Source: Klebsormidium nitens (taxonomy: Eukaryota; Plantae; Klebsormidiophyceae). Taken from it: DNA of 64,000 nt. The notes below the pieces were generated by a model, which saw only the letters and a program-made list of their open reading frames with translations, did no database searches and was not told where the DNA came from. This document shows, one piece after another, positions 1 to 12,100 of this stretch. Positions within the stretch are counted from its first letter, which is position 1. Each line of letters starts with the position of its first letter. The stretch lies in the NCBI GenBank assembly GCA_000708835.1, contig DF237109.1:64126-128125 (forward strand), in the 5' to 3' direction. Position numbers and translations under genes: made by a program.

Positions 1-164
1 CTACCGTGATCTCGTGTCTCCGAAACACGCCAAAGGAAGTCCGGCAGAGACGCAAGCTCTTCCGGCTTGGTCCAACCTGTCGGAGTGCAACCACCCGGGG
101 TTTACTGAAAAATCGCCATTGTGTAATACGCCAGCTGTCGTTATCTCACATATGGCTACTTCAT

Positions 165-3100
165 TCAGAAGCGCCGACTACTGCTGCCGATCCCGTTCAC
201 AGATTCAGGGGACGAAGGCGTCTGTTTGTGGAAGCTCCCGTCGGCTCTCCCGCCGAGGACGATCTTTCGCAGCTCGTTTGCAACTTCTTCAGCGGTCACT
301 TTGGGCGGATTTGTAAAACCGACGAACTCAAACTGCGCGCAGAACCGCAACGGTCAGCTGTGGGGCCACCTCTACTCTGTGGTACGCCTTTGCGGAGCAT
401 GGTAGTAGGGATGAGAGCAGTCAGATGCGTTATCAAATTCGAAGATTGCGAAAGTAATGGCGAGTAGCATACGATGTCACTTGTCGCAACGTTGAAAACG
501 TTCTTAACCCTCTGTCAATCAATCATTTTGGAGTCTACTGAAGTCGACAAAAGCGCATCATTGGTGGTGCCATATAGGATTTCTGTTTCTCTTGCGGGAG
601 CGTAAGCGACGGCAACTGTGGAAAGGTACAAGACAGGTGCTGTGTGGGCGCACCGTTTCGCCTGTTTTGAGCTCGAGGAACACCCGGCTCTCGCGCATGC
701 CGTGCTTCTTGAACTGGATGTCCTTGATCGAGTCGTGCACGAACTGCAGGTTCTGCGCAATCAGAAAGATGCAGGTTCAGAATCTTCGACAAGTCGCCGT
801 GCTCCAAAAGTTTCCCTTGTCGAAGTACCAATTTGGTTTCTTCAAAAGCGCGCTCAGATCATACAATTCATTTGAAGGTATGCCAACAATAACGATGCCT
901 TCAATACACGCCCAAGAGTGGCACCGTCTAAGCGGAGAATGCAGCGACCTTGGAAAAAATGCTTCTACGTTTACCAGAGGATTCGACGAACTCCATCTCA
1001 GGCCTCAAAAAGAAGACCGTCGTTACGCAGTCTCCTTTGCCCGAGTTCTGGCGCTTTTGCAAATCTGTTGTGAAGAATTCACAGCTCACCTTCTCAGGGT
1101 TCTCCGGGCGGTCAAAGATGAGTAGCGTCGGTGTCGCTACCAGCGTTCCGGCCCGGTTGTGCACCATGCCGTGCTTGGAGCAGCTGTACCCTGGCGGATC
1201 AACGGAATGAGAGGGTTCAGCGGAAAGCGTGGTCTAAGCGGAAGCGCAGCGAGTGACAGAGTTACGGAGCGGGAAGCATTCTGCATATGTCATGAGCCGT
1301 TGAATGCTGAAAAGGTACGTGTCTAGCGTCGAGAGTAAGCGTGAGAAGAGGGCTCTCGAGGAGCTGCAGTTCAGACAAGTCCGAAAAACCTAACGCTTCG
1401 GTTTCTTCAAAATACTTCCAAAGCCATCAGACGGTCGGGGTGAGTTCTTAAAATAATACTGATGGATCCATAAGCCACAGCAAATGGAAGTCCGGAAAGG
1501 AGGATGTATATTCTGAATGGGCAAGTCGACGTTGGAAGGACTGGGCAGAAATGTTGTCAAACGGGAAGAACCTTACGAAGATCGAACCTTAGGATTCAAA
1601 AGCCATGACAAGCGCAAGAATAAAGCTCACTTTTAAGGACGACCTCCCGGGCCGTTTTGGTGCGCGGCACGAAGGCCCCATCGGCGGTGACTCCCCGCTC
1701 AGCCAGGTACCCCTCGAGGTGCGCCACGGTCCCTTTGACTTGCTGGAAAATGGTGGCCAGGACAATGCCCCGGTCGGCGAACTTGCTGAACTGGACGGGC
1801 TTGCGGTTGGCGCCGTAAAAGCACAAGTGGTTGCTGCGAAGTCAGAAGGGCGGGGTTTGAGAAGTATAGCTGACTGGGCATAAATCAACTGTGGTGATTG
1901 AAGCGTATGATTGGCGAGACATTGCAGACGGAAGCATCGAGCGGCTTAGCTGGCTGCGACGGAATCTGCCGTTAGAAAACAATATGACGAGCAGAGAAGG
2001 TATTCAAAGGCAGGCGAGCCAAAGCCTTCTCCGATGGAGGGTCGGCGGGCATTACCGGACCTTTGAGCTGATCCCTAACTGCGTAGATGTATCTACGTCC
2101 TACCCCTTTCGAACGGCATCATTCTCCATAGTGCTACATGACCAGGAGTTGAGACAGGGCGCCAACGCATCCGTTGAACTATTTTGTTTCTTTAATTATT
2201 TGGCTTTCCGAGAAGCTCACCTGCCCACGTTGTCTAGCCGCACAATTTTCTCGTACGCGAGCGCGACGCTGAGCCGCGCCTCGTGCGCTTTCCGCGAGTC
2301 GGGCAGCGTAGGCGCCCAGCACACGTGCTGCTTCGTTACGTACAGCGTGCCCGCCAGCTTCTTCGCGTTCCTGGGAAAACAAAAAGCTGATCACGTCAGC
2401 AAGGAAAGCGACAACGAACGCTGACGTCGAAAAATAAAGGAAGAATTGTTGTTTCGTCACACACAGCATGCAGCCAGCTTCTTCGCGGTCCTGCAGAAAG
2501 CAGAACCCGCTGACGTCAGCAAGACAAAAGGGGGCCAAATCCGGGCAGTGAGCAGGGCCGACGTCAAGCAGGTGGAGAGGAGTCAGGACAGTTGAGCGTA
2601 CAGCTTCCTCGCCGTCTGGGTTCAGAAAAGCGGACGCCATCAAAGCCAGTACAGAGAAGCGTTGACAATAGCCAAGCGAAGCGGGAGTGATGCCTGTTAT
2701 GCTTGGCATTTGCTTCACGTCTGGAGGAACGCCGCATCCCTCCTGAAGCAAAGACAACATAACGGCTGAGTTCGGAGTACCGAGCACGCTTGCTGATTTA
2801 TAATCCCCTAAATTGTTTCCACGAAAGAAAGGCCGCTGAGGTCGACGACATGAAGGTACGTTCCGTCCCCTTTTGGCAACCAACTACGTACACTCACAGA
2901 GCCATGCAATCTCTTCGAAATCTCGGACAATCCCAAATCATTCTCCAAAAGCGCCACTTAATGCTTCCTTGTCATGTCGCCCTTGAACACCCATTTGTCA
3001 CCTCACCTGCAGGGAAACGCGGCGACCATCTTGTCTTCTCTGGGCAGCCCAAAGCGCGCTTGCACCATGATATCTTTGGTCAGGTCCTCCTGTTTCTCCA

Positions 3101-6100
3101 GCAGGTCTTCCGCGATCTCGTCGTCCTTCCGTTGCCGGAGCAGGCAGATGATATCCGGCAGCTTGAGTTCCGCTTCTGTTCCGCCGGATTCCGCTCGTTC
3201 CAACTCGGCTTCGTCCTCTCGGCCCACCCAAGAGGCGGCGCTAGCCGTGCTGGACTGCCGCTGAAGATCCGGGGCACGGGACTCCTGCAGAATGATGACG
3301 TCCTTGTGACGTAAGTCTCGGTCGTGTGGGGATGTAGGTTTCGCGTTGACAGAGGGGTGAAAACGCAATTCCCCATTTCACAGCCACTTGTGCTGCTTGA
3401 TTGACTCCATGTTAGAAAAGCTACGTAACCGACAAGATTCAGACGGAGTAGTTGGTAATGAGGAATGCGAAGCCGGTTAAAATCCTACTTTCAGTTGACG
3501 CAAACGCCTAGGCTTTCCAAACATCAGAAGATACTTCGTGGACGGGCTCTTGCCTTTGCAGGGGTCTCCGGCGCTTCCCCCCAGTCGCTGCTCCGACGTC
3601 TCCGGTCGCTTTTTCCCGCCACGCTCGTTCCGTGCTCGCTGTTGAACCGGTCCCAAGCCCGCCAGTACTCGGCGCATACTTCGTGCGTGGGCGCGCGCCA
3701 CAACTGCGGGGCGACACGTGGCGTGTTGTTTGACCCTGGCAATGAGATCAATGCTTCTGAACTCAAAGGTGGCTTCCAGGGTGGAAGACAAGGATGTGTT
3801 TCACGGTGCCAGTCTCGTTGAAAATGTTTAGTTCAAACCGTACTTGGGATTCTCTTCCACGTCATGCAAGCGTTGCAGGTTCCTGAACACAAAAACAGGT
3901 CATGAATACGGACCTGCAACACTTCGGAGTGTCCTTTGGAACCGAACCCATTACGAGCTGATGCTCAGGAACGTTGTTGAGAAGATTTGGAAACAGGTCC
4001 AGACCAACTGCCCACCTCAAGGATTTTGTTTAGCCGCGCCGCGGCCTTCTCCATCTTGCTCTTCTTGAGCCCGCTCCCGCCGCCGTTGAAGTAGTCGTAC
4101 AGCACCTGCAGGGCTTCCCGCATGTTGGTGTAGTCAGCCATCGTCATCGGCTCGGGATCCTGCATCCAAATCAAGACAAGGTGGTTAGCCCTCGGATTTG
4201 CTCCGACAAGTTGAATTGAAATTCACTCCTTCAGTTGCGATGAGTCTGGGCGACGATGCCGACATCTGTGTATTTGTACTTCGCACTTCCATCAGAGAGT
4301 TTACCAGTCGGACTCTGAGTTGTCGTCATAGCTTGTCTGTGTAAAGAGGAGACACGACTACCCGACCTGCTCAATAGGAGACAGGAAAAACTTGCAAAAT
4401 CTACAAGCCAGTAAGACGACAAGGGCCGTAAGACTTGGAACTCATTTCCGGCTTCTGAACGGACAACATCGGAAGAGGGAGGGGTCAGTAAGCAGGAGCG
4501 ATTAAAGTTAGGTGCGGTTTTGCTGACCTCATCCTTGTTGAGCGCAAACTCCTCCATGCAGAAGAGCAGGCCCATCCAGATCTCTTTCAGGACCCGCCGG
4601 AACACGCGCGCGCTGAGGTAGTCGTTCATCATCTGGGAGGTAGTACAAGAAGCAGATTCAGGAGAAGCGCTGTCACAATCCTCGGCGCAGGTAAGAGGAA
4701 AAGTATTCTGGAAGTATGGGCATTTTCAAGCGTCTCGTTTTCGGTTATCAGGCGACGTCGTCTCCAATACAGACCGACATAGTAAGGAGATATCAGCAGA
4801 ACTTTATCGTAGAAAGCCACGGAACAGGAGGTAATTAGGTATGAAATGCTAGTACATCCTCCTGATGGGCAACGCAAAAGCACATTGACCTTCAAAGGCA
4901 GAATTGACACTTACCTTCAGGTGCTGATCCAGGTATGACGTCAGAGGTGCGAGTCTCTCCTCAATGGTGGCGGGCGCCTCATGGGCCTTGTCCTTGGACG
5001 GCGACTCGAAGAGGTACTGTACCTCGCTCTGCATACGGCTCTGCAACCAAGTCCGATTCGATTCAGGGAACATCAGCGAGAAAGGATGGGACGAGTGTGA
5101 ATGAAAGCAGGGAGTTAGGCTGGGTACAGGTGCGGGCGCGGAGCGCATTAACCTGTGCTTTAGTAGTTTCGATTTCTTGGTGTCCTATCCCTTTACTGGC
5201 AATGTCTGTTTGAACTGAAAACTACTGAAAGACTGAAGCGGAAAGAGGCGCTTCAAGCAGAACATCAAGAATTCCTCAGGTTGATTCTGAGAGGATCAAA
5301 GATATATTCTTTCAGCGAACCTGCTCGAGCGCGCGAAGATCTTGGCTTCAAAGACGCGCATCGAATCCCGAGAAAAGGGGACGTTCTTGAATGCTTTAAG
5401 CGCGGTTGCCTGTTGGCGTATTGCTCTGCCCTTCACCACATCGAGTAGACAAAGTCTCTGCTTTACGGATCTTTAGGAAAGGAAGAGACTTTAAGGATCT
5501 CTAGGAAAGGCTGGTCAGAAGGAAGGTGCGTCCTATGGGACGAAGGATTTCTGAAGCAGAACAAACCACGAGCTTTTCAAAGCTTGAAACAGGCTCCAGC
5601 ATCAGCACGGCTGGCTATATTTTTGCAACTTTAACATCACACAAACAAGGTGATTTTGCTGATATACACCAACCCCTTCAAATCGACAGCGCAGCCTCTC
5701 ACCTGTATGTTTTCAACGATAGACCCCACCACGTCCTCGTACGTCTGACTGAGGTAGTCTTTGAGCGCCTCAAACCCTTTCCCGACCGGATCCTCTTCCT
5801 TCCCCTCGTTCAACACCGCCCACATCCTGGGCATGAACGCCCCTCCCGACTCCCTCTTCCCCCGCTCTAGTTCCTCTGGCCGCTCCTCGTCGATCGACTG
5901 CCGCGCGCTGGACGCCCGGCTCGTGTTCGACGACCGGTTTAGGACCGACTCGTCGAGGGAGGGGCGGCCGCTGGAGGGGTCGGATTTAGAAACGGATTCC
6001 AGTTCTTCGTCCGGGAACCCTAATTCATCATCGTCTTCGTCTGTTCCTTCTTCCATGCTGACCCGCTTCGCCATCTCGCCCTGGCTCTCCCGCTTGTTCG

Positions 6101-9100
6101 TGTTCGTGGGCGCTCCGTTCGGTTCCGCTGTTCCGCTGGGGTTGGAAAGCGGGACCCCGGAAGTCCGGCGCGAGGGGCCAGACTCGACGGCCGCCTTTTG
6201 GCGGTGCAGGGTGTACGCTTCGGTCCACTTTTTCTCCAGGTTGTGCTCCAGCTGCTGCTGCTGGGTACGTACCGCGCTTAGGTTGTTCAGCTGCAATTGA
6301 CCAGGCCCGCGAGATGAGGCGACACTTTCAGAATTTAATTTCTCGCGGGCAAGTTAGGTGCTATAAAATTGAAAGTGCAACACCAATAATTACCGTCTGC
6401 AGTATGAGTGCGTGCATGTAAGAGGGCAAAGTAATCAAGAGATTCAGGTGACAAAATGATTTCCGAGAATGTGAGTCCGGAGAAACACCCTGGAAGGAAG
6501 TAGGCTCAACGACTTGAAGCAGGATTCAGTCCTGCTCAAGGTGTTCCCAAACACAATCTTTGAGACATTGCCTTCTCACTCGTTACCAACGTCTTGCAGT
6601 GAACCACCAAAAGAAAATGATCTGAAGAACTGTGAGAGCCAATAGTTGAGGCCCCGTAGAGACGCGACGCGCACCTTGACGCAGAGGCTTTTGGTGATGG
6701 AGAGCTGCGGCGGGGCCTCCTTCCGGCGCATGAGCTTTGTGAGGATGCCCTTTTCCTCCTCGCTCGGCAACGAAACCGGCAGCTCCTCCAAACACAGCTT
6801 CTCGAGCACCTGCAAACATTGATTCTAAGCTCAACAAACCGAGTCGCCAACACTGCGGACCTGATTTGGTTCTTGAATCCATGCTCATTGACAATTCTGA
6901 GTCGCCAAATGGTTTCAACCAGAGGTTGTTTTTGGATCTGCGGTCGAAAACAACCGCCGAATATGTTGGAACCGATTTTTTCTTGAGTCTATGCTCGACA
7001 ACGTTTGCGATTTGCCAAATGATTCGGAACGAATAATTTCCTCTTGGAACATCTACGAGCGGGAAAAGCCTTCGACCATCTGAATGGAAAAGCCTTCGAC
7101 CATCTGAATGGAAAAGCCTGCTCTCATCATCCGATGCGACGCGGAGGACTCGCTTGGTACAAGTGACAATGTACTACAACTGTATTTCAGCACATCCAGA
7201 CGCAATCTTGGCTCAAATCAGACAGGAGGTAGCAGCGTTCGGACCGCTGCGCTCATGATACTTTTGAATCAGCACACATTCAATCCGTCATCAAAAGCAA
7301 GTGCTGTTTACCTGCGCGTAGGTCTGGATGGCGGCGCAGACCCCGGCCTCGGCGGCCGCCATGTAGTCGCGGCCGAAGGCCAGCTGCAGCACGCGGTTGT
7401 GCATCTCGTCCGTCACCTCGTACACCAGCATGTACAGCTCTGGGACAAAAGGAGAAGCATCAGAATTCAAGGTTTAAGATTCAGCGTTCGGGTTTGAATC
7501 ATAGGCTTTCAGTTTCTTATTTTGTGCAAGACATCTCGCCTTAATGACGTCCTCCGATATTTGATAGCACTGTTGTTGCAACGGTGGAACCGCACTCTGT
7601 TTCTTCTTTCCAAAAAGGGACTATGACGAAAAGGTGAAGTGGTCGAACTCTTGCTTTACTCTGGGCGCAGATGCGCAACCAAAAAGCTCACTCCAGCTTA
7701 TTGTAATAAGAAAGGTCGGAGGCTTGCGCCTCTACTACGATCTTACAGCTTATCACACTCGCCGATAGTCTAATCATAACGCAAGCAGAACTCAACAGAT
7801 GATTGGCTCAGCCACCCGAAACAGAATGTCGTCAGCCGTTTTCGACAATCTCGCAAGTTTCTCAATGTTGAGATTCGACCTTAGCAGGTACGAAGAAGCT
7901 AAAGTGGGATATTGGCTTCAATCGTTCCACTCCTCGGAAACGAAGCCACTCCTCCGCCGCTCCACCGAGTGTGTCTCCCGTAGCCCGTATTTCTCGTTCA
8001 TGAAGCACTCCACACACCGGACTCCAAAATGAAACTCAGATGGTTCAAATACTTGTGAGTATTCCTCACCGATGATGGAGAAGCTGAAGAGCGCGCTCTT
8101 GGCCGCGGAGACGGGCTCCCACTTCTCGGTGCACACAACGGAGCTGATCCAGTCCATCATGCGCGGCCGCGTCTCGGCCATCCACGCGACGATGTGCTCG
8201 TGCAACAGCGACTGCACGTCCAGCCGCGGCTGCCGCACGCCCAGGCCGTCCAGCACCGCGTGCAGGTCCTGGAAGGCGACCACCAGGTCCTGGAATAGAG
8301 GGGAGTGGTCGCCCAAGTTTGAGATTGAGGAAAGAGAATCAGATTCTGATTCCGTTCTCCGGAAAGGAAGGCGGGGAACTTGGTGTTCAGCCGGGGCTGC
8401 CGCACGCCCAGGCCGTCCAGCACCGCGTGCACCTCCTGGAAGGCGATCAGCAGGCCCTGGAACAGGGAAGAGAGGTCGCCTAAATCAAGGTTTAAACGAA
8501 GGGGACTGCATTCTAAGGGAAGGCCGGGACTGCACGTCCAGCCGCGGCTGCCGCACGAAGGGCCGTTCGGCAGGAAGTGCAGCTCTTGGATGGGGACCAC
8601 CACCTGGAACAGCGAAGAAACGTAGCCGGAGCAATTGAAACTGGGTTTGGTTGTCAGGCTGGTGGATGAAGAATGCTCAGGAGGACGTAAAAGGAACCGA
8701 ACAACGCGAACCCGTCACGAGCTTTTACTAGTCTTGACTGCAACGCATAGAAAGCTCCCAACCTTCGACCTAGAAAAAGCACTGCACGCACCGCGGTCTC
8801 CACGTCATGACACTTCACAAGCGCGAGCAGCCAATATTCCATCACCTTCCAGGCCCGCCCGCACTTCCTACTCTCTCCGTATCTCACTCCATCGCATAGC
8901 CGTTCGGCCAAGCTCTTTCTCCTCCTTCGAAGGAAGTGCTCCGTCTCCCAACCTGTGCAACTACCGCCTGACGCACCCGTGGAGTGTTTCCGAGCGCTCC
9001 GCAAACTATGTACGACCTACCTTATGCTCCCGGGTGAAAGTTTTCCCGGGCGCCGCCTCGACGTACTTCTTCACCGCGGTCGACAGCGCCTTGTAGTACA

Positions 9101-12100
9101 CGTGCGCGGCTGTCGGCACCAGGTCCACCTCTTCCGGGAAAGACGGCGCGAAATGCGCGTCCAGGTTCGCGATATCCGCTTGCACGGCCGCGGCCGCGCG
9201 TGCGAGCGACGCTGGGTCGAGGACCACCGCGCTGGCGGGCGCGGGGCCGTCGGAGGCGAAGAGGTGCGCCTTGAACCGGTCCTCGCAGCACTTCTGCGGA
9301 ATGACGGAACGACGGAACAGAAAGCTGAGCGCCGCGCGGGATATTTGATCGGAGCGACGCGCCTTTGTCAAAATCGAGCAGCAGAATGGACAAAGAATCG
9401 AAGCAGTATCGAAGCAGTATCGAAACGACAATCTACCGCTCTCTTTTAGGCACTCGTTTTCCGATACTTTCTTTTTCCAAGTCTGCAACAATCACGGACT
9501 TGCGAAGAACGAAAGAAGCACACGCCTTCGCACGCTTAAAATGTTGGGAGAACAAGCAACTTGGAAAGATTCGACAGCGAACTTAAGCCATCAACTTGAC
9601 TCTCATTCCATTCAAATCTCTGCGGGCCTCTCCTCCGCTTTTATTACTGGAGTTCTATAATTGCTTTCCTTCTCCTAATCTGAATCGACGTTGTGCTTCT
9701 TAATCGAATGACGGTGCTTGAACGCGTCCCAAAACCTTCAGGTTCTACATCCCAAAACTTGCAAGCTCTGATCAACAGACGCTCTGGCGTACCTCGACCC
9801 AGCTCCTGACGGGGATGGCAATCTTCTTGACGTCCAGCTCCCACTTGAGCAGCAGGCTCAGCAGCTGCAGCACCAGCTCCAGCGCCGCCGGCGGTTCATT
9901 TCGGGGGAACGCCGTCTGGAATGACGTCACCGTGCTCGTGGCGGGCTCCATCAGAACTGCAGATGGGGTGTGCCGGAACTCTCGTTATACGTGAAACTGA
10001 CACCTCTGATTTAGTGTGCGCCACTTCTGCTGTCTGACCAATTTGCTCTGTAAGCAATGATGCCGTTTGATAGCTTACAACGGAGCGGTGATTCGAACCC
10101 GTCGTATTGCGCGGCAGGCTTCGAGCAGATGCATGATTGAGGAGAAGATTGCCTGACAACGTTTAAAAAACCACTCTTCAAACTGTCAGAAATGCGGGCC
10201 ACGGTTTGACCCCGAAATCTCAACCAGATGCCGGTTGAGGGCCTCTCCAGTGTGCCAAAGAAAGTCGTTCATAAACGAGGAGCCAACCCCTTAGCAACAA
10301 TCTTCTGGATACGCGATCTACCGTCTGTTCTTTGCTTGCGGTTCACACATCCGTGCCGCACACAATACTGCAAAGATGTCCACCTGTTTCCTCTTGAGGC
10401 CTTTCGAGCTTTGAAGCGATTGATGAGGGATTGCCTACCCGCGATGGCCTCCCCGTGCAGGTCCATCTCGCGCTTCGTCAGCAGCCCCTTTTGCGCGAGG
10501 TAGCTGACGTCTGTCAGCTGCGCGACCGTCGCGCGCAGGTAGGGCGGGCCCGTCTGGTACCTGTGCGCGAGCTCGCCCAGCATCGCAAGCGAGCAGCGCG
10601 CGCCGCGGATGTGGAAGTGGGACTCGAAGAGGTGCAGGATCTCGGACCAGTGTTGGTTCAAGGAGAAGGACTCGCCTGCGGGCGGGGACGAGATCTGGGC
10701 GTCAGTTGACAGTTCTTTGAGCCAACCGAAGGTCTGTTGTATAGTCTGGTACCAAGAGAATATTTGCTAGTCCCTTTGGATATCAGTGTTCTCCTCCAGG
10801 TTTTTGAGGACTGGAATGGAAAAGCCTAGGATCTGCACGACTTATCTTGAAGAACTTCTGTGCACAATTTCTCCTCCAGGTTTCTGAGGTCTGGAATAAA
10901 AAAGCCTAGAATCTGCACGACTTTTCTTGAAGAACTTCTGTGCGCAATTTCAACACGGAAAGAGGCACACTCAAAAGTTTAGCGGACGCCGCGCATTGTC
11001 ATGCCTTTCGTTGAACAGCCCGCTCAATGCAGATTCCGGTATCTTCTTTCAAAGAGAAAGAGGATTTTCCTGAAACTTCTCGAAGGACTCTTGTATACAA
11101 TCCCAATCGTAGAGACGTGCACGTCAAGGCTTAGCAAACGTGACACATTGATTTTTGAGAGACCCGCTCCATCAAACTTCCGTACCCTTTTTGAAAAATG
11201 CTCACCAACTGTATCTTCGTTCTCTTTCCACGCCACTGCCAGCAGGGCATCGTACGCCTTCTCGACGTCAGCCACCGGTATCCTTGCCGCATCCCGCCCG
11301 TCGGCGTTCTTGCGGCGGTGGTGCGTTGCAGTGCAGACGACCTTCAGCTGGACCTGGCTCTTCATGGGGCGGCCTTTCCAGTCGCGGAGGGCGACCATCT
11401 TAGAGGGGACCGTGACTAGAGTGGCGCCTTTCGGGGAGCCGGAGGCAAGCAGGTCCTGGAAGGTGAGGGATCCCTCGCCGATGAAGTCGTCCGTCACCTG
11501 GGCCGACTGGGAAAGAGGGCGAAGAGCAAGTTTAGGATACTTTCACGGCATTTTCGGGCGAAATTCTCGAAAGGCTAAGCGAACCGCAAGTGGAGTGCTG
11601 ATTGCAGCCTAGTCGCCGATGCAACATTGTTCACAATGCAGACCTTCCAAGACACTGTTCAAATCAAGAAGACTCTCCCTCTTGCCTTCCTATATTGCCC
11701 AAGCTGGCTACCCTGCTTTGACGAGCCCTCTTTCAAAGAGAAAAAGTACAGGACACGGGTAACCAAAACGAAGCCATCCGTTTCTGAGGATCTACGATTG
11801 CTCACACCCACTGAGACGTTTATATTTTACAAAGAGCCTTCCTTGACGTTCCTGCGTCCAGATTGGTACCCTCACCTCTGGCCTCGTTGACTTGCGAATC
11901 TTTCTCGATGCTAGCTTTCCAGCCGCATTGACTGCTGTGGCCGGTAAAGTGGCCACCCGGTTCATGGTTCCCATGATGCTCATCGCCCCATGCTGCGGAT
12001 CTAGGTCGTCCGAGTCCCAAACCTCGACCAGAACCTCGTCCTTAAGGCTAGCCGCGTGAAAGACCGGCAGCTTTTCCTTCCATTCTGGGTTGAGCGAGTC

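Noticed and set aside
592-1210. Plus-strand ORFs that could suggest a separate gene
   Set aside because: The minus strand carries phase-consistent GRAM exons with canonical splice sites.
2179-2883. 234-aa minus ORF crossing the acceptor array
   Set aside because: Not in the GRAM coding frame and mostly intronic, with no recognisable motif.
5761-6300. 179-aa Ser-rich + strand ORF
   Set aside because: Antisense of Munc13-like exon 10.
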